Source: Felis catus (Eukaryota). From it: a stretch of 64,000 bases of DNA. The notes under the pieces were generated by a model. The model ran no database searches and was not told the DNA's origin. It was given only the letters and a program-made list of their open reading frames with translations. Positions 1 through 12,690 of this stretch are shown here, piece by piece. Both the position numbers and the translations under genes were made by a program. The stretch's first letter is position 1. The number at the start of each line of letters is the position of its first letter. The stretch is from the NCBI RefSeq assembly GCF_018350175.1, contig NC_058368.1:39682001-39746000 (forward strand), given 5' to 3'.

Positions 1-183
1 TTAAGAATCTATTTCATGTTTTGCCTCTCTTTTGTGCCTTGAATTCCACATATGAGTGCAGTCTTATGGTATTTGTTTTTCTGTGAATGACTTATTCACT
101 CAGCATAGTATAATACAGTCTAGCTCCATCCATGTGGTTGCAAATGCCAAGATATCATTCTTTTTGATGGCTGAATAACATTA

Positions 184-223
<40 letters not shown>

Positions 224-692
224 CACCTCTTCTTTATCCATTCATCAGCCGATGGACCTTAGGGCTTATTCCATAATTCCGCTATTGTTGATAATGCTGC
301 TATAAACACTGGGGTTACATGTGTCCCTTCGAATCAGTGTTTTTGTATCCTTTGGGTGTACCAAGTAGTGCAATGCTACATCATAGGGTACTTCTATTTT
401 TAGCTCTTTGAGGAACCTCCACACTATTTTCCAGAGTGGCTGTACTAGTTTGTATTCCCACCAATAGTGTAAGAAGGTTCCCCTTTCTCTTCATCTTCAT
501 CAACATCTATTGTTTCCTGTGTCGTTAATTTTAGTCATTCTGACAGGTGTAGGTGATATCTCATTGTAGTTTTGATTTGTATTTTCCTAATTATGAGTAA
601 TTTTGAGCATCTTTTCATGTGTTTGTTAGCCATCTGTGTGTCTCCTTTGGAAAAATGTCTATTCATGTCTTCTACCTATATTTTAACTGGAT
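1..692 (-). mobile_element. LINE-1 3' portion (ORF2 C-terminus and 3' UTR), carnivore-type
   Basis: The reverse strand reads gaagacatgaatagacatttttccaaag...gaggttcctcaaagagctaaaaatagaa...gaatggataaagaag, typical of the L1 ORF2 3' end. It contains a (TG)n tract at about 187-221. Confidence 0.92.
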
Positions 693-810
693 TCCTGGTT
701 TCATTCATCTTTTCTACTGTTTTTGTTTGTTTGTTTGTTGGTTTCTATATAATTAATTTTTGCTCTAATCTTTATTATTTCCCTTTTTTCTAGTTTTAGG
801 CTTCATTTGG
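693..810 (-). mobile_element. LINE-1 ORF2 internal fragment (post-endonuclease region)
   Basis: The reverse strand aagcctaaaactagaaaaaagggaaataataaagattagagcaaaaattaat...gaatgaaaccagga resembles the ORF2 segment KPK..EIIKIRAEIN..INETRSW. Confidence 0.8.
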
Positions 811-1107
811 GGAAGTATTCGTCTTGTGCGATCGCACAAGGATCGCAGTCCTCTTTCTGCCTTTCCGGAGACCAGGGTCCACTCCCCTCAACGGCACCTG
901 CAATCCATTTCTCCTCCAATCTATGTCTCTACACTTCCTACCTTCCTGGATGTGGACTCTTCTCTCCTTCTAGTTGTGTAGTTTGTTCTGTCAGTCTTCA
1001 GATCGATTTTTTTGGGTATTCAGAATGATTTGATAGTATCTAGGTGTGCATGAGGGACGAGACAAGCCTGTGGGTCCTCCCACTATTCCGCCATCTTAGC
1101 TCCCCCC
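811..1107 (-). mobile_element. LINE-1 5' UTR start (carnivore L1)
   Basis: The reverse strand begins ggggggagctaagatggcggaatagtgggaggac, which contains the YY1-type aagatggcg L1 5' motif. The segment is CpG-rich. Confidence 0.85.
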
Positions 1108-2510
1108 ACCACACACGTTCTTGGACACAGGCAGCAACTTTCATTTTCTTTGCATATAGCAGCCAGTACCATAGAAGTATCTTTGCTGCCACTCTTGTAC
1201 TCTTCCAGAGGTCCCAGCACAGAATTCTTTAGGCAAATTTAAAATGTCCTGACCTCTCCCATGTCTCTTCATGTAGCATATCATTACTTCTGATTTATTT
1301 ACCTTTTTATAATGAACTGAATATCTTTTAAATTCATAAAATACTTTGTAGTAAGAGTCATCTATATTATGTCCTCATAGTCTATTTCACATTTAGGGAT
1401 GTTCATCACTCAAAGGCTTATATATATTTCCTTTCGCAATTTTTCAATTTGTGTTTATAGTTGTTACTAAGCTGAAAGTACTAGACCACAAAAAATATCA
1501 GAACAAAAAAAGTATACACGAAAATAATTCTTCTGTCAGCAGATGAATATACTTTATCACCTTATATCTTCAGATTTATTTAATTGAGAGACCTTCTAAG
1601 AGTAAGTAAAGAAATATTTGATGTGTACTTTGAGAACATTATCATTCAAATTCTGAGTTGTAGAAGTAATACTAACCTCTTTTAATATTGCTAATGTATC
1701 ACTCTTTGCTGTCTTTCTCTTATAGCAGGAAATTATTCTTAGTCAAAATATCAGGTCACTGATGTTTGAATAACCCCTTCTTCTGAGAATTAGCTTCCAA
1801 TTTCAACTTATTTTTCTTTCTCTAGAAAGATATTTATAGCATAAGTGAATAATTTTTCAACAAGTGAAGAATTTAAAGGATAAATGTTACTCTGCTTGTG
1901 AAGTTTGTCTATGTGCTTCCCTTAAGTCGATAAGAGAATGTGTGGTAAAACTGTGGGTGTAACAGAAGGTGCTCAGACTGTCATAAAGCTGGAAGATATG
2001 ATGGAAGATCCTTCTATTCTTAGCAGAAAGCAGACAGAGAGTGCACAAGAGAACTGCTACTCTTCAATGAGAGAAAGGACAAAGACCAAAGAACACTGGG
2101 AATAGTAGCATGGAGGAAGATTTGTCATTCTTTCTATATCAGATGATTTTTCATAGAAATCAATAGATTATTTTTATTACTTTAGGAAAAACCTGACTGT
2201 GGAGAAACTTCCTGCACATTCATGGAAGTCATAATTCTAATGTCCTTGAAACTCTTACCTTGTATGAATGTAATAGATGAGGATAACTTTTTAAAACAGT
2301 ACTTTGTTTCTCATAAGAAAGTACTTTGTTTCTCATATCTTATTCCTCATAAGACATGCCTCTTTATTTTTCCAGATATATGTAGCCAATAATATTTCAA
2401 TAAAAACTAAATAACTTTTATTTAGATATTTGCATGCAAACTTAAAAGTACATTTGTTTTTTCATAGAAAAATACTTATTTCTTTGAAATGATTTGAATG
2501 ACTAGATTTA

Positions 2511-2514
<4 letters not shown>

Positions 2515-2554
<40 letters not shown>

Positions 2555-2558
2555 TGAC

Positions 2559-2610
<52 letters not shown>
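2515..2610. repeat. (TA)n microsatellite pair
   Basis: Two TA runs are directly visible. Confidence 0.95.
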
Positions 2611-2613
<3 letters not shown>

Positions 2614-3159
2614 ACAATCTTTGAGGAGTCTTCAATGCATTCAGTAATGTATAGACCTTTGAAGCCTATGATTTTATGTTATGTATATTGTATAATGAGG
2701 TAACAATTATTTTCTTGATAACTGGTATCAGAATTTCCCTTATAGGAGAAACCATTTTCTTTAGGAGAGTGCCTCGATGAATACTCTTGGATTGGGTGAA
2801 TCCTTGTAAAGGTAATGTCAGACAATGACAAAGTGCAAGCTAAGTGGAGAAAAGAAGGGAGGTATGGGGAAGAACCAACTAAATGAAGAAAGGCTGGCAT
2901 TACATAGGGTAAAAAAACTAGTCAATCTGCTCATTTAGTGGATTGGGCAAAGGACACTTTAAAGGTCATGAGCCCTGGTATTTTAGTTGAAATAGTTTAT
3001 AGTATTTGAATTTAAAACACTTCTTAGTTTTTCCTAGGAAGTTTAAAAAGTCTACTACATTCATAGATTGTGTACATACTACTTATGGATACACAGGCTT
3101 GTAGAAATAAAAGAAAGGATTGAGTGTAATACATGGGTTATTGCAGTACTCAACAATAT

Positions 3160-3315
3160 TGCTATTCAAAGGGTAGCCCACAGATCAACAGCTTTATAAA
3201 AACTTGGTAGAAATGAATATTATTAACTGCCACCCCAATTACCAACTCAGGATTTATATTTTACTAAAATTCCCATTTGGTTTTTATGTATATTCAATTT
3301 TGAGAAGCCCTGAAT
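3160..3315. mobile_element. hAT-Charlie MITE (MER5-like), old
   Basis: tattcaaagggtagcccacagatcaacagc...ttggtagaaatg...ttttgagaagccctg resembles MER5. Confidence 0.5.
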
Positions 3316-3792
3316 AGAACCTCCAAACTTCACACACATTAGCAGACAGCAAAGAAGCTTCGGTGGGCATACAGAATTCAGACACATTTGAAGTAAATCT
3401 TTGGACTTTCATGACTCATAAATGCTTGTATCAGAATGCAAATATTAATGCAAATATTACTGGAAACTCAAAAGACGGCTGGCACAATCCTACCATTGAA
3501 GACTGACTTAAAGTCTTAATTCCTGGAAATTTAAGATTTGAGTAAAGATAACTTTTTCCCCCAATGTTTCTGTGTACCTGTACTTTCCTAGGGCGTGGAA
3601 GGAGAAAAATCTGCACAACCTGGCCCAGAAAGCAAGGATGGAGAGGGAAAGTAATTCTGGAAAACACAACTTTATGAAAAAGTTCACAGACACCATCTAG
3701 GTCACTTACACCTCTAGGTGGAAAGAATGGTACAAAGTGAGCCCAGGCAGGAAGACTGCGGTCAAGTGGAAGGAACATTAAAAACTATTCTG

Positions 3793-4041
3793 GGGGCACC
3801 TGGGTGGCTCAGTTGGTTAAGAGTCCGACTTTGGTTGGGTCATGATCTCACTCTTGTGAGTGCGAGCCCTGAGTTGGGCTCTGTGCTGACAGTTCAGGGC
3901 CCAGAGCCTGCTTCGGATTCTGTGTCTCCCTCTCTCTCTGCCCCTCCCCTGCTCGTGCTCTGTCTCTCTCTCTCTCTCTCTCTCCCAAAATAAATAAACA
4001 AAACAAAAAAAAACAATTTTTTTAAAGATACTATAAAAAAA
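3793..4041 (+). mobile_element. Carnivore SINE (SINEC, feliform type)
   Basis: ggggcacctgggtggctcagttggttaag head, (CT)n tract and A tail; TSD aaaaactattctg. Confidence 0.95.
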
Positions 4042-4057
4042 AAAAACTATTCTGTAT

Positions 4058-4274
4058 GGTGGCACCTGAGTGGCTCAGTTGGTTGAGCGTCTGACATCAG
4101 CTTAGGTCATCATCTCATAGCTTGTGAGTTCAAGCCTCACATCGGGCTCTGTGCAGACAGCTCAGAGCCTGGAGCCTGCTTCTGATTCTGTGTCTCCCCC
4201 TCTCTCTGCCCGTCCCTTGCTCACCCTCTGTCTCTGTCTCTCTCTCCTTCAAAAATAAATAAACATTAAAAAAA
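4058..4274 (+). mobile_element. Carnivore SINE (SINEC)
   Basis: ggcacctgagtggctcagttggttgagcgtctgac head, CT tract and A tail; TSD aaaaacta(t/g)tctgta. Confidence 0.95.
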
Positions 4275-4689
4275 AAAAACTAGTCTGTAGTCAGAGAGAG
4301 TAAGTTTTTTTTTAACTTTTGGGTAATGATATTACCTTTTTAAGAGTATTTCCAATAAAGTGTTTAATAATTTTTTTCACATTTACGGAGTTTACCTTAC
4401 TGATGATCTCATGACTTATAAGTTATTAAGTCAAAGAAAATTAAGAATATGGTGAAAGAAGAGGCAAAAGTCCTCAAATATAGTCCTAGTATTGGCTCAG
4501 AATATTAAATACAATAGAAAAACTCTTGTACCTTTACTCTTGTGTTTCATCATTAACACCAACCTTAAAGAGGTTTATAATTACATTCTAACCTAATGTA
4601 GTGCGATACATTTGAAGGTGTTTGCTCTATATTGCTATGGCCAAAAGGTTACTGAAATAAATTTTAGTTGAAATGATAATAATGTTTTA

Positions 4690-4913
4690 TTTATTTTTTT
4701 AATTTTTTAATGTTTTTATTCATTTTTGAGACAGAGACAGACAAGCATGAGCAGGAGAGGGGCAGAGAGAGAGGGAGACACAGAATCTGAAGCAGGCTCC
4801 AGGCTCTGAGCTGTCAGCACAGAGCCCGACGCGGGGCTCGAACTCACAGAGTGTGAGATCATGACCTGAGCTGAAGTCAGACGCTTAACCGACTGAGGGG
4901 ACCCAGGCGCCCC
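4690..4913 (-). mobile_element. Carnivore SINE (SINEC_Fc-like)
   Basis: Ends cccaggcgcccc on the + strand; TSD tgataataatgtttta at 4674-4689 and 4914-4929. Confidence 0.96.
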
Positions 4914-5169
4914 TGATAATAATGTTTTAAGGAAGCTAAGAATAATTTACATCTTAAAATTTTTACAAAAAGCTTTCATTTGTAAACAATTTGAAAACAT
5001 TCAAAAATGTTAGGTATCATTAATATTAATAAGCTTGATTTTTATGTCATGAAGTAAAGCTTGGATCTCGCCCTGAATATTTTTCTGAAATGAAAATTGC
5101 TAAAGGGTCAAAATAAAATAATGTGGAATACTCCTTTTGACAAAAATTGTCCTCATTTGTATTTCACTC

Positions 5170-5380
5170 AGTGGAGACACTATAATACGCTATTACACTG
5201 AAGTCAGACAACCTAGGTCAAAACTCTCATTTACTATTGTATAGTATCATAACCCCGTATAAGTTATTACTCTCTGTGCCATAGATTCTCGATCTGAAGA
5301 GAATAACATTTTTATAAATATCTAATCAAAAGACTGTATAGTACGCACAACACAATCAAGCAAAACTAACATATAAGGGC
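5170..5380 (+). mobile_element. MIR SINE, degenerate
   Basis: ctgaagtcagacaacctaggtcaaaactc...aagttattactctctgtgcc resembles the MIR core. Confidence 0.55.
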
Positions 5381-6440
5381 TTGTTAGCTCTTTTATTAAA
5401 TATATGTACATTTTACCACCACCCCCGCACAGAGATATATAGAGTCCTAAATTCATTCACCATTAGTTTATTATTATTTTTTTTGTTCATAAATTCATGA
5501 GTTAATTGTAGTCTATCTGACATCCTCACACCAAAGTCGAGGTAAAACCACATGTTCTCATCAAGTTTCTAGCTCCATGGGATGTTGATGATGTTTGGAA
5601 AATTTTTCATCAAATGGTACTTGAAAAGAGCCCATCAAATTTTTGGGAATTTTTACAAACTTGAAAGAATGAGGTGTGAACTGGTGAGAATGGGAAGAGA
5701 AATATACAAGAGGATGCCTTTAATGTTTCAAGAGTTTTTATTTTTGTTTTATAGGAGCGTGCAAACAGGGATGTTGCTGGAAGGAATATGAAGTCATTGA
5801 GAACTTTTGTAAGTGTGGTAGCAGGTTTTCATGCTTATGGGAATGATCACATAGAGGATGAAATTAATGAAGCAGGAGTCCATGGAGCTGCCAAGTAATA
5901 GATCAGTGTCCTTACAGCTATGTTCTCTCCTCTTCATCTTTCCAACAGACCCCTGAACAATACATAATGAAAATTTGATCATGTCATTTCCCTTGCTTAA
6001 ATCTGTGTTAATGACTCCCCACTAATTTCAGGATGCATTTTGGACTTCTGGCACTGATCTGTGTATTAGATATACAGAGTTGAACAAATAGTGTTAGCCC
6101 TTGCCCTAGTGGAATTTATAATCAAGTTGGAAGAAAAGGCAAAAACCGACGAGCCAAATAAGCTAAAGGAGTGCTGTGAGACAGAAAGGCTAAGCAGTAT
6201 TTGTATGCATTTGAAAACAATGCAGAGGGAAGAAGGAGAGCAGAAGAGAAACTAATGGAAGGACCAAAGTCCATAAGGAGAGAGGGGCTGAGTACAGAGT
6301 ACACATGAAATGAGTACTTTGGGTAACAGGAACAGAATTCTGTTGCAGAAGGAGGGAGGAAGAAGAAACCCATTTGCTACTGTTAGCCCCAACTTTCATA
6401 ATCTACATGAATTGAACTTTTTTCCTTATTCCTTTCTCTC

Positions 6441-6650
6441 TTTTTTTAAAAAGCTTATTCATTTAATTTGAGAGAGAGGGAGAGTGATAGAGAGAGCAAG
6501 GGAGGGGCAGGGAGAGAGAAAATCCTAAGCAGAGTCTACACTGTCATCACAGAACCCGATGTGGGGCTCAAACTCACGAACCATGAGATCATGAGGTGAG
6601 CTGAAATCAAGACTTGAATGTTTAACCAACTGAGCCACCCAGGCGCCCCC
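6441..6650 (-). mobile_element. Carnivore SINE (SINEC)
   Basis: GA-rich tract followed by ...aaccaactgagccacccaggcgcccc. Confidence 0.94.
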
Positions 6651-8199
6651 ATTTCCTTGCTGATTTTAAAATGGATCATTCAAGCTTCTAATATAATAGA
6701 GATTAAAATGAACAAATATATAAGTCATTTTCTCTGTTGCCAAAGCCCTACTAGGGGGGCCTGTAGCTTAAGGACCCGTGCTAGTCTTTTATGAACCAAA
6801 TAAATCACTTCCCTGTGTATAACAATTAAAGGCCCAAGCCAACAATACCACCTGTCACATTTCAGCCCATAATACTTGTTGCTATTAAGTGTGACTTAAA
6901 AACCAATATCCAAATCTCATAAGAGTTGTGATTTCCCCACAAGGTGTTTTTGTTTTGTTTAGTTGTTTCCTCCCATGTTAATCGCTAGACATATTAAATT
7001 CACTTGAGCTGTAAATTTAATTCACTACTCTGCATAAATCAGCCAACAAAATGGGAATTGGATTGGAACGATTATATTAGCATATTATCCTCCCTTTGGA
7101 GTGCAGTGGGTGGCAAAGTCAAAGAGGTCAAATCACCACGGGGAAAAATTTAAAAGAAAGGGAGAGAAGTCTGTTTCATTTCTGCACCAATAATTCTTCA
7201 TCAACATAATTCTTTATACATCTGTGTTAATGTTTCTAAAACACAAGTAAGACTTTGTCATTCCCTTTCTTAAAGATCATGAAGTGAATTCTCTAATTTT
7301 CAGTCTCTTTTTATAATATATATCTGTTTAGATATAGATATGTCCTTAATATCCAAGTCGATATGCCCTTAATAAAATGCATAAGCTGCTTCAAATTCTG
7401 CCATAGATTGAACATTAATTCCTCTTACTCACAGTCATATGATTATATTCTTTTTCTCTATCAAGACTTTCTGGCTTCACATACCCTGTTTCCTCTTCCT
7501 AGATAACCTTGTGTTTTTTTGTTGCTGTTTTGTTTTGTTTTTGTTTGTTTGTTTTCATTTTCATAAACTCCATTCAACTTTCAATGACAGGTAATGATAG
7601 TACTTCATCTATGAGGCTCAATGGACATGATCACTCCAGTGAGGTTTGAATATTTCCTTAGTTCATTTTCCTGGCCTTTTTTCACATTGTTGTGACATTG
7701 TTTCTCAAATGCCTCACCTCCATCAGGACAGACATTATCTTTTATTTTTATATTTCTAGTACACAGTGATATGTTTGATATGTAGAAGGTGTTCAATATA
7801 TTTTTGTTTAAACGGTGATAAGAAGCTGGAAGGAAGATACTTAATTTTTTGGCTAGCCAAGTAGACAGATGAAAATACTATTAAACAATATAATGAATAT
7901 AAAGCTAAAATACACATTTTGCCATTGAAGATTGTGTGTTCATTCTAGATGTTTTGAGATTGAGACTTGGTGGTGATAAATAAAGTTTGTTTGACAAACG
8001 TATGAATCTATATGTTAGTACCATTCTCTAAATGCAAGATAAATAATTGGAGGGAATCAACACGTAAGTGGTCAACAAATATTAGTATATATTTTGTTAG
8101 TGGAAAGTGCCCATGTGAAACAAAAATATAGTAAGTTGAAAACACTGATGAACATCATTCTTATGGGATATTAAGAGGGAGATAATACAGAGAAAACTT

Positions 8200-8311
8200 T
8201 TTTTAAGTTTATTTATTTATTTTTGGAATTTCTAAACCCAAGGTGGGGTTTGAACTCACAACCCCGAGATCAAGAGTCACATGCTCTTTTGACTGAGAGA
8301 GCCAGGTACCC
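8200..8311 (-). mobile_element. Short tRNA-derived carnivore SINE (older type, no CT tract)
   Basis: ggggtttgaactcacaaccccgagatcaagagtcacatgctc...gagccaggtaccc; TSD acagagaaaactt at 8187-8199 and 8316-8328. Confidence 0.88.
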
Positions 8312-8579
8312 TAAGACAGAGAAAACTTAAAACATATGAGAATCAGGAACGGTTCACTCATGAAAATCCAATATGAATTTCCACAAGAAAGAATTGAGCC
8401 ATGAGCACTGTACAAAGCAGAAAGAACATGTAAGTAACCCTGACGGTGATTTTGGATTTGGCTTTTAGAAGATGTCATCCAGGATGTGGAGATGTAAGAA
8501 TGGGTACCAGAATTCTGCATATTGAGGACTGAATAGAAGATGAGAAAATGAAGGTAAGGGTGAATGTTATTGCTTTTGA

Positions 8580-10190
8580 GCATTTGGATATATTTACCAT
8601 TTTTTGGTTCTCTTGATTATTTATGTAGATCCACTTTTCTATCTGATACTATTTTCCTAGGCCTGCAGAACTTGCTATAATATTTCTGGTAGTGAAGATC
8701 TGCTAACAGTGTTTCTCTAAAAAGTTACTTTACCTGTGTTGTGAAAACACATTTCAAAAGGTATAGTATTCTAATTCAGCAGTTTCTCCCGCCCCACTTC
8801 AATTCTTTAATGTATTGCTACATTGTCTTCTACTTAATTATGTCTGACAAAAAGCCGATTCTCATTCTTATTATTTTCCCCTCCTTATATAATTTGTCTT
8901 TTATTATTTAATGCTTTTCAGATTTTCTCTTAAGAACTGGTTTCTACCAGCTTCATGTGCTTTGCTGTGGTTTGAAGTTTATGATATTTGGAGCTTAGTT
9001 TCTGATTCTCTAGGCTTACTGATTTCAACAAATTTGGAAAATCTCCAGCAGTTATTTATTCAAATACTTTTTTTTTTTGCTATTCCACCTCTCCTTCTGA
9101 AACCGTGTGTGTGTTACATCATGTGATATGGCACTACATGTTATTGACAGACTTTATATTTGTTGCACATACATTCTTTTGGAAAGGTCTTTTGCTATAC
9201 ATTTAAACTCACTCATTTTCTCTTCTGTGTGGTTTCTGTCTTTTTTAGGGCCCTTCAAATGAGTGTTTTCATATATTATATTTTTCATCTCTAGAAGTTC
9301 CATTTGGATCTTTTTTATTTTCTCTCCTCATCATGTTCATTCATGAGTAAATGGTATATTCTTAGAATTGCTCTTTTAATGTCTTTTTCTGTTAATTTCA
9401 TCTTATTTTTTATTTGTATGCCACATTCCTGATTATGGGTGATATTCACCTGCTTCTTTATAAGGGATTCTGGGCACTGTTGATTTACATGTTAAAGTGT
9501 TGAATTTTGTGTTACTCATTTAAAAAGTGGTTGATATTTTCTGGAAGGTAGTTATATTCGTGGCATTAGTTCGCTCATTTTGTGACAGCCTTCATTGCAA
9601 AGTCATTTAGCCTCATTAGTAATAAAAACCCTTCTGAGGTCTACACTGAATGCCCCATGTATTCAGTGAGAATTCTCCATTTTTGATAGGTGGAACTCAA
9701 CTGATTAGTTGAAATATATGAGCTCTGGGAATTATTTAACTTATAACTTTTTGGTAATTGTTCTTTCCTTGGATCCTATTCTTTGCTAATCTCATGTGTT
9801 CTCACCCTATGAATGAGTAGACTGGTTTTCAATCAAGAGTAAAGAAGACACTTTTTGCAGTTTCTTAAGTGCTTTATACATGCAAATTCCTTCTTTTATA
9901 TACTATACTTTGGAATTTTCTAGTCATTTTGATGACCCACACTTCATTACCTCTCTCTTCAATTGAACAAGAAAGATTCCTGGGCTCTCTTATGGGAGCC
10001 ACAATCTTGGAATTAGGTCTATGCCAAAACCCTTGGAAATACTATATTTCACCTCATTTATTTCTCTTTTCTCATGGACCATCATTTTTTTATTGTCATT
10101 TTGTTGTAGTTTATAACATAAGGGTAATTACAGAATATTTTGTTCACTCCTGGCCAGAAGAGAAAGCATCTTCAAAGTGCAATTATGAAA
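8580..10190 (-). mobile_element. Ancient L1 (L1M-type) fragment
   Basis: T-rich sequence with L1-antisense motifs (caaatttggaaaatctccagcagttattt; ttcatctctagaagttccatttggatctttttt). Confidence 0.6.
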
Positions 10191-10561
10191 TGAAAGGGAA
10201 AAGACAATACAATTTTCCAAGGGATGCTGCATTTAGAATGAAATGTTTCTCAACAATAGAAGAACTTTCTTTTTGTTATTTTTAGAAAGTTGTTGGTGAT
10301 GCATTAATGAAAAGTAGATATTATTAGAGAAGCGTTATCTAGCATCCCATGCAGAGCTTTTGTATTGGTCTTACACATGCATTTCTTAACAGTATTAGGC
10401 AAAAATAGCCCAGAAACCAGAGTAATTTTGATTTAGCATAACACATGTTAGTTTCTAATGAATTGCCCTAACTTTAAAAGTTTACCTTGTGCATATTTTT
10501 TAAAATTTCCCATGGAAATATTTTTAGTATTAGTTAATTATTTGTATTAAATCATCTTCAA

Positions 10562-10776
10562 GGGGCGCCTGGGTGGCTCAGTCAGTTAAGCATCCAACTT
10601 TGGCTCAGGTCATGAGCTAGCAGTTTGTGAGTTTGAGCCCTGGGTCAGGCTCTGTGCTGACAGTGCAGAGCCTGGAGCCTGCTTCAAGTTCTGTTTCTCC
10701 CTCTCTCTGCCCCTCCCTCACTCACACTGTTTCTCTCTCTCTCTCAAAAATAAATAAACATTAAAAAAATTTTAAA
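10562..10776 (+). mobile_element. Carnivore SINE (SINEC)
   Basis: ggggcgcctgggtggctcagtcagttaag head; TSD-like aaatcatc(t/a)tcaa. Confidence 0.95.
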
Positions 10777-11489
10777 AATCATCATCAAAAAAATTCTAAT
10801 TTCTGAAAATGGCATTGATTGAAATAAACTGACAATACATTTAAATGTTATATAATAATCCTTTGCATTTTAATTATTTTAAAATATTAAAGTGTTTCTT
10901 CTCATTTACACCTTATGAAATGTAGCTCATTAAATTTTATGGAGAATTATGAGAAAATCCAAATTTTCAACTTTATCGATGACCATTAATGGTTAATGAA
11001 ACTCATCAATGATATATTAATTGATTCTTAACATCAGATATTTAGAAGGAATATTTGTGTAATATAGGTATGGTAACAAATTGTATTTCTTAAAATCTCT
11101 AAATTATTATTTATATTTCAATTCTGTTTTAGCTACATAGATTTGATTTTAATACAATCCAGGCAATAAACAATGGCATAGATATTTCATTATTGTATGT
11201 GAGATTATTGACCGAAATGCTCTGAATAATTGGATGGAAAGCTATTAAAAGAAAAAAGGTCCAAAGAGAAATTATGATGATAATACAGATTATAAAATTC
11301 ATTGGTCAAAATGTAACAATGACAGTGGTGATTTTCAAAGGTCATCAAAGTCTAATTCTTCCAGAAATTATTTTATTCAAATTTAATCCATTTTAGCTTT
11401 TACCGTCAGGGTAATTAACTTTCTCTGACCTATATTTTTAAACAATACACTAAGAAATTAATGTACGCTGATAACCACACATGTTGTGG

Positions 11490-11497
11490 ATTCTGTA

Positions 11498-11530
<33 letters not shown>
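11490..11530. repeat. (TA)n microsatellite
   Basis: Direct TA run. Confidence 0.9.
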
Positions 11531-11531
<1 letters not shown>

Positions 11532-11538
11532 CTGCATT

Positions 11539-11934
11539 TGAAAGGACAACAGGGCCAAAATGGTGTTATTTGTGCTAAACCCCATGTCAGCAAGCCAAAA
11601 TTTAATATCTAACCTAATTGCAGTTTCAGCTTCTCCCAGGAATGTGACCTTTAACCAGTCAATCCAGAATTACCTGGTCAGCACTAGTGAGGTGATCTGC
11701 CTGATAGACCCTCACCCTTCCCCCAAAGGAAGGTGACCTTGCCTGAAATAAATCTTTCTTTTATTTATGACTCATTTGTCTCATCTCCTCTCTGCCTTTA
11801 AAAATCTTCCATTTTGTACAGCATCTCAGAGCTCCTTCCTATTTGCTAGATGTGATGCTTCCTGATTTACAAATTGTTGAATAAAGCCAACGAAATCCTT
11901 AAGTTTACTCCACTGAATTTTGTTTTTTTAACAA
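11539..11934 (+). mobile_element. ERV1-class solo LTR (MER34-group-like)
   Basis: Contains AATAAA near 11880 and ends ttttgttttttaaca. It is clearly homologous to 30250-30625 and to the reverse complement of 59904-60010. Confidence 0.8.
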
Positions 11935-12235
11935 GAGACAGTTTGCAATAAAGTCACTTATGATTACAAATGTAAATACAGATTTGTGCTAGTTATATGT
12001 ATGTATGAATACAACCCAGACTTATTTCAAAACATATTCAACAAATATATTTATGAGAAAGAATAATTCATTGGCTTGTAGGACTTACATATTTCATTTA
12101 CACACATACACACACACATACACGTAGAAACCTAAATTTTCATTTTATATGTTTTTAACACAATAGACTCAGCTTGTTAAGGAAAAACCCGAGAACTCTG
12201 AAAATCACTCAAAATATTTAATTATAATAAAAAAT

Positions 12236-12443
12236 AATGTTTTTATTTATTTTTGAGAGAGAGAGAGAGAGAAGGCAAGCACAAGCAGGGGAGGGGCAGA
12301 GAGAGAGGGAGACACAGAATGCGAAGACTCCAAGCTCTGAGCTGTCAGCACAAAGCCCAACTCAGAGCCCCAACTTATGAATGGTGAGATCATGACCTGA
12401 GCCAAAGTCAGACGCTTAACCAACTGAGCCAGTCAGGCACCCC
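12236..12443 (-). mobile_element. Carnivore SINE (SINEC)
   Basis: ...cttaaccaactgagccagtcaggcacccc; flanked by tttaattataat on both sides. Confidence 0.94.
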
Positions 12444-12690
12444 TTTAATTATAATTCTAAATCTTAGTTTTTACCTTTAATAATTTCAAAGGGGAAAAGT
12501 AAAATTTAAATAATTCTAAAGTATTGTTTTTCTTTAAATTATAGGATGTTCTCCTAGAGAAGGACACAGAAGTGTGTCCTAAGTCTTTTTCAGATACGGG
12601 TCACTAGTCTTTTTTCAGAACCTTCCAGTAGAACCTCTTTGTCTATGTTCTATCTTTGCCTTGCTTTTAAAAAATAGTCCCAGGGTTCTT

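Noticed and set aside
1930..2106. Short stop-free plus-strand stretch (..VTEGAQTVIKLEDMMEDPSILSRKQ..)
   Set aside because: It is only about 55 codons, with no recognisable homology or convincing splice sites, which is compatible with chance.
3718..4065. SINE-overlapping ORFs (GAPGWLS..., ERERE...), here and at 12661, 31779, 46223 and 50378
   Set aside because: These are typical read-throughs of carnivore SINE sequence.
9869..10285. Longest ORF in the window (138 aa)
   Set aside because: It has a GTG start and F/L/I-rich composition, and it lies in T-rich, probably L1-antisense sequence.
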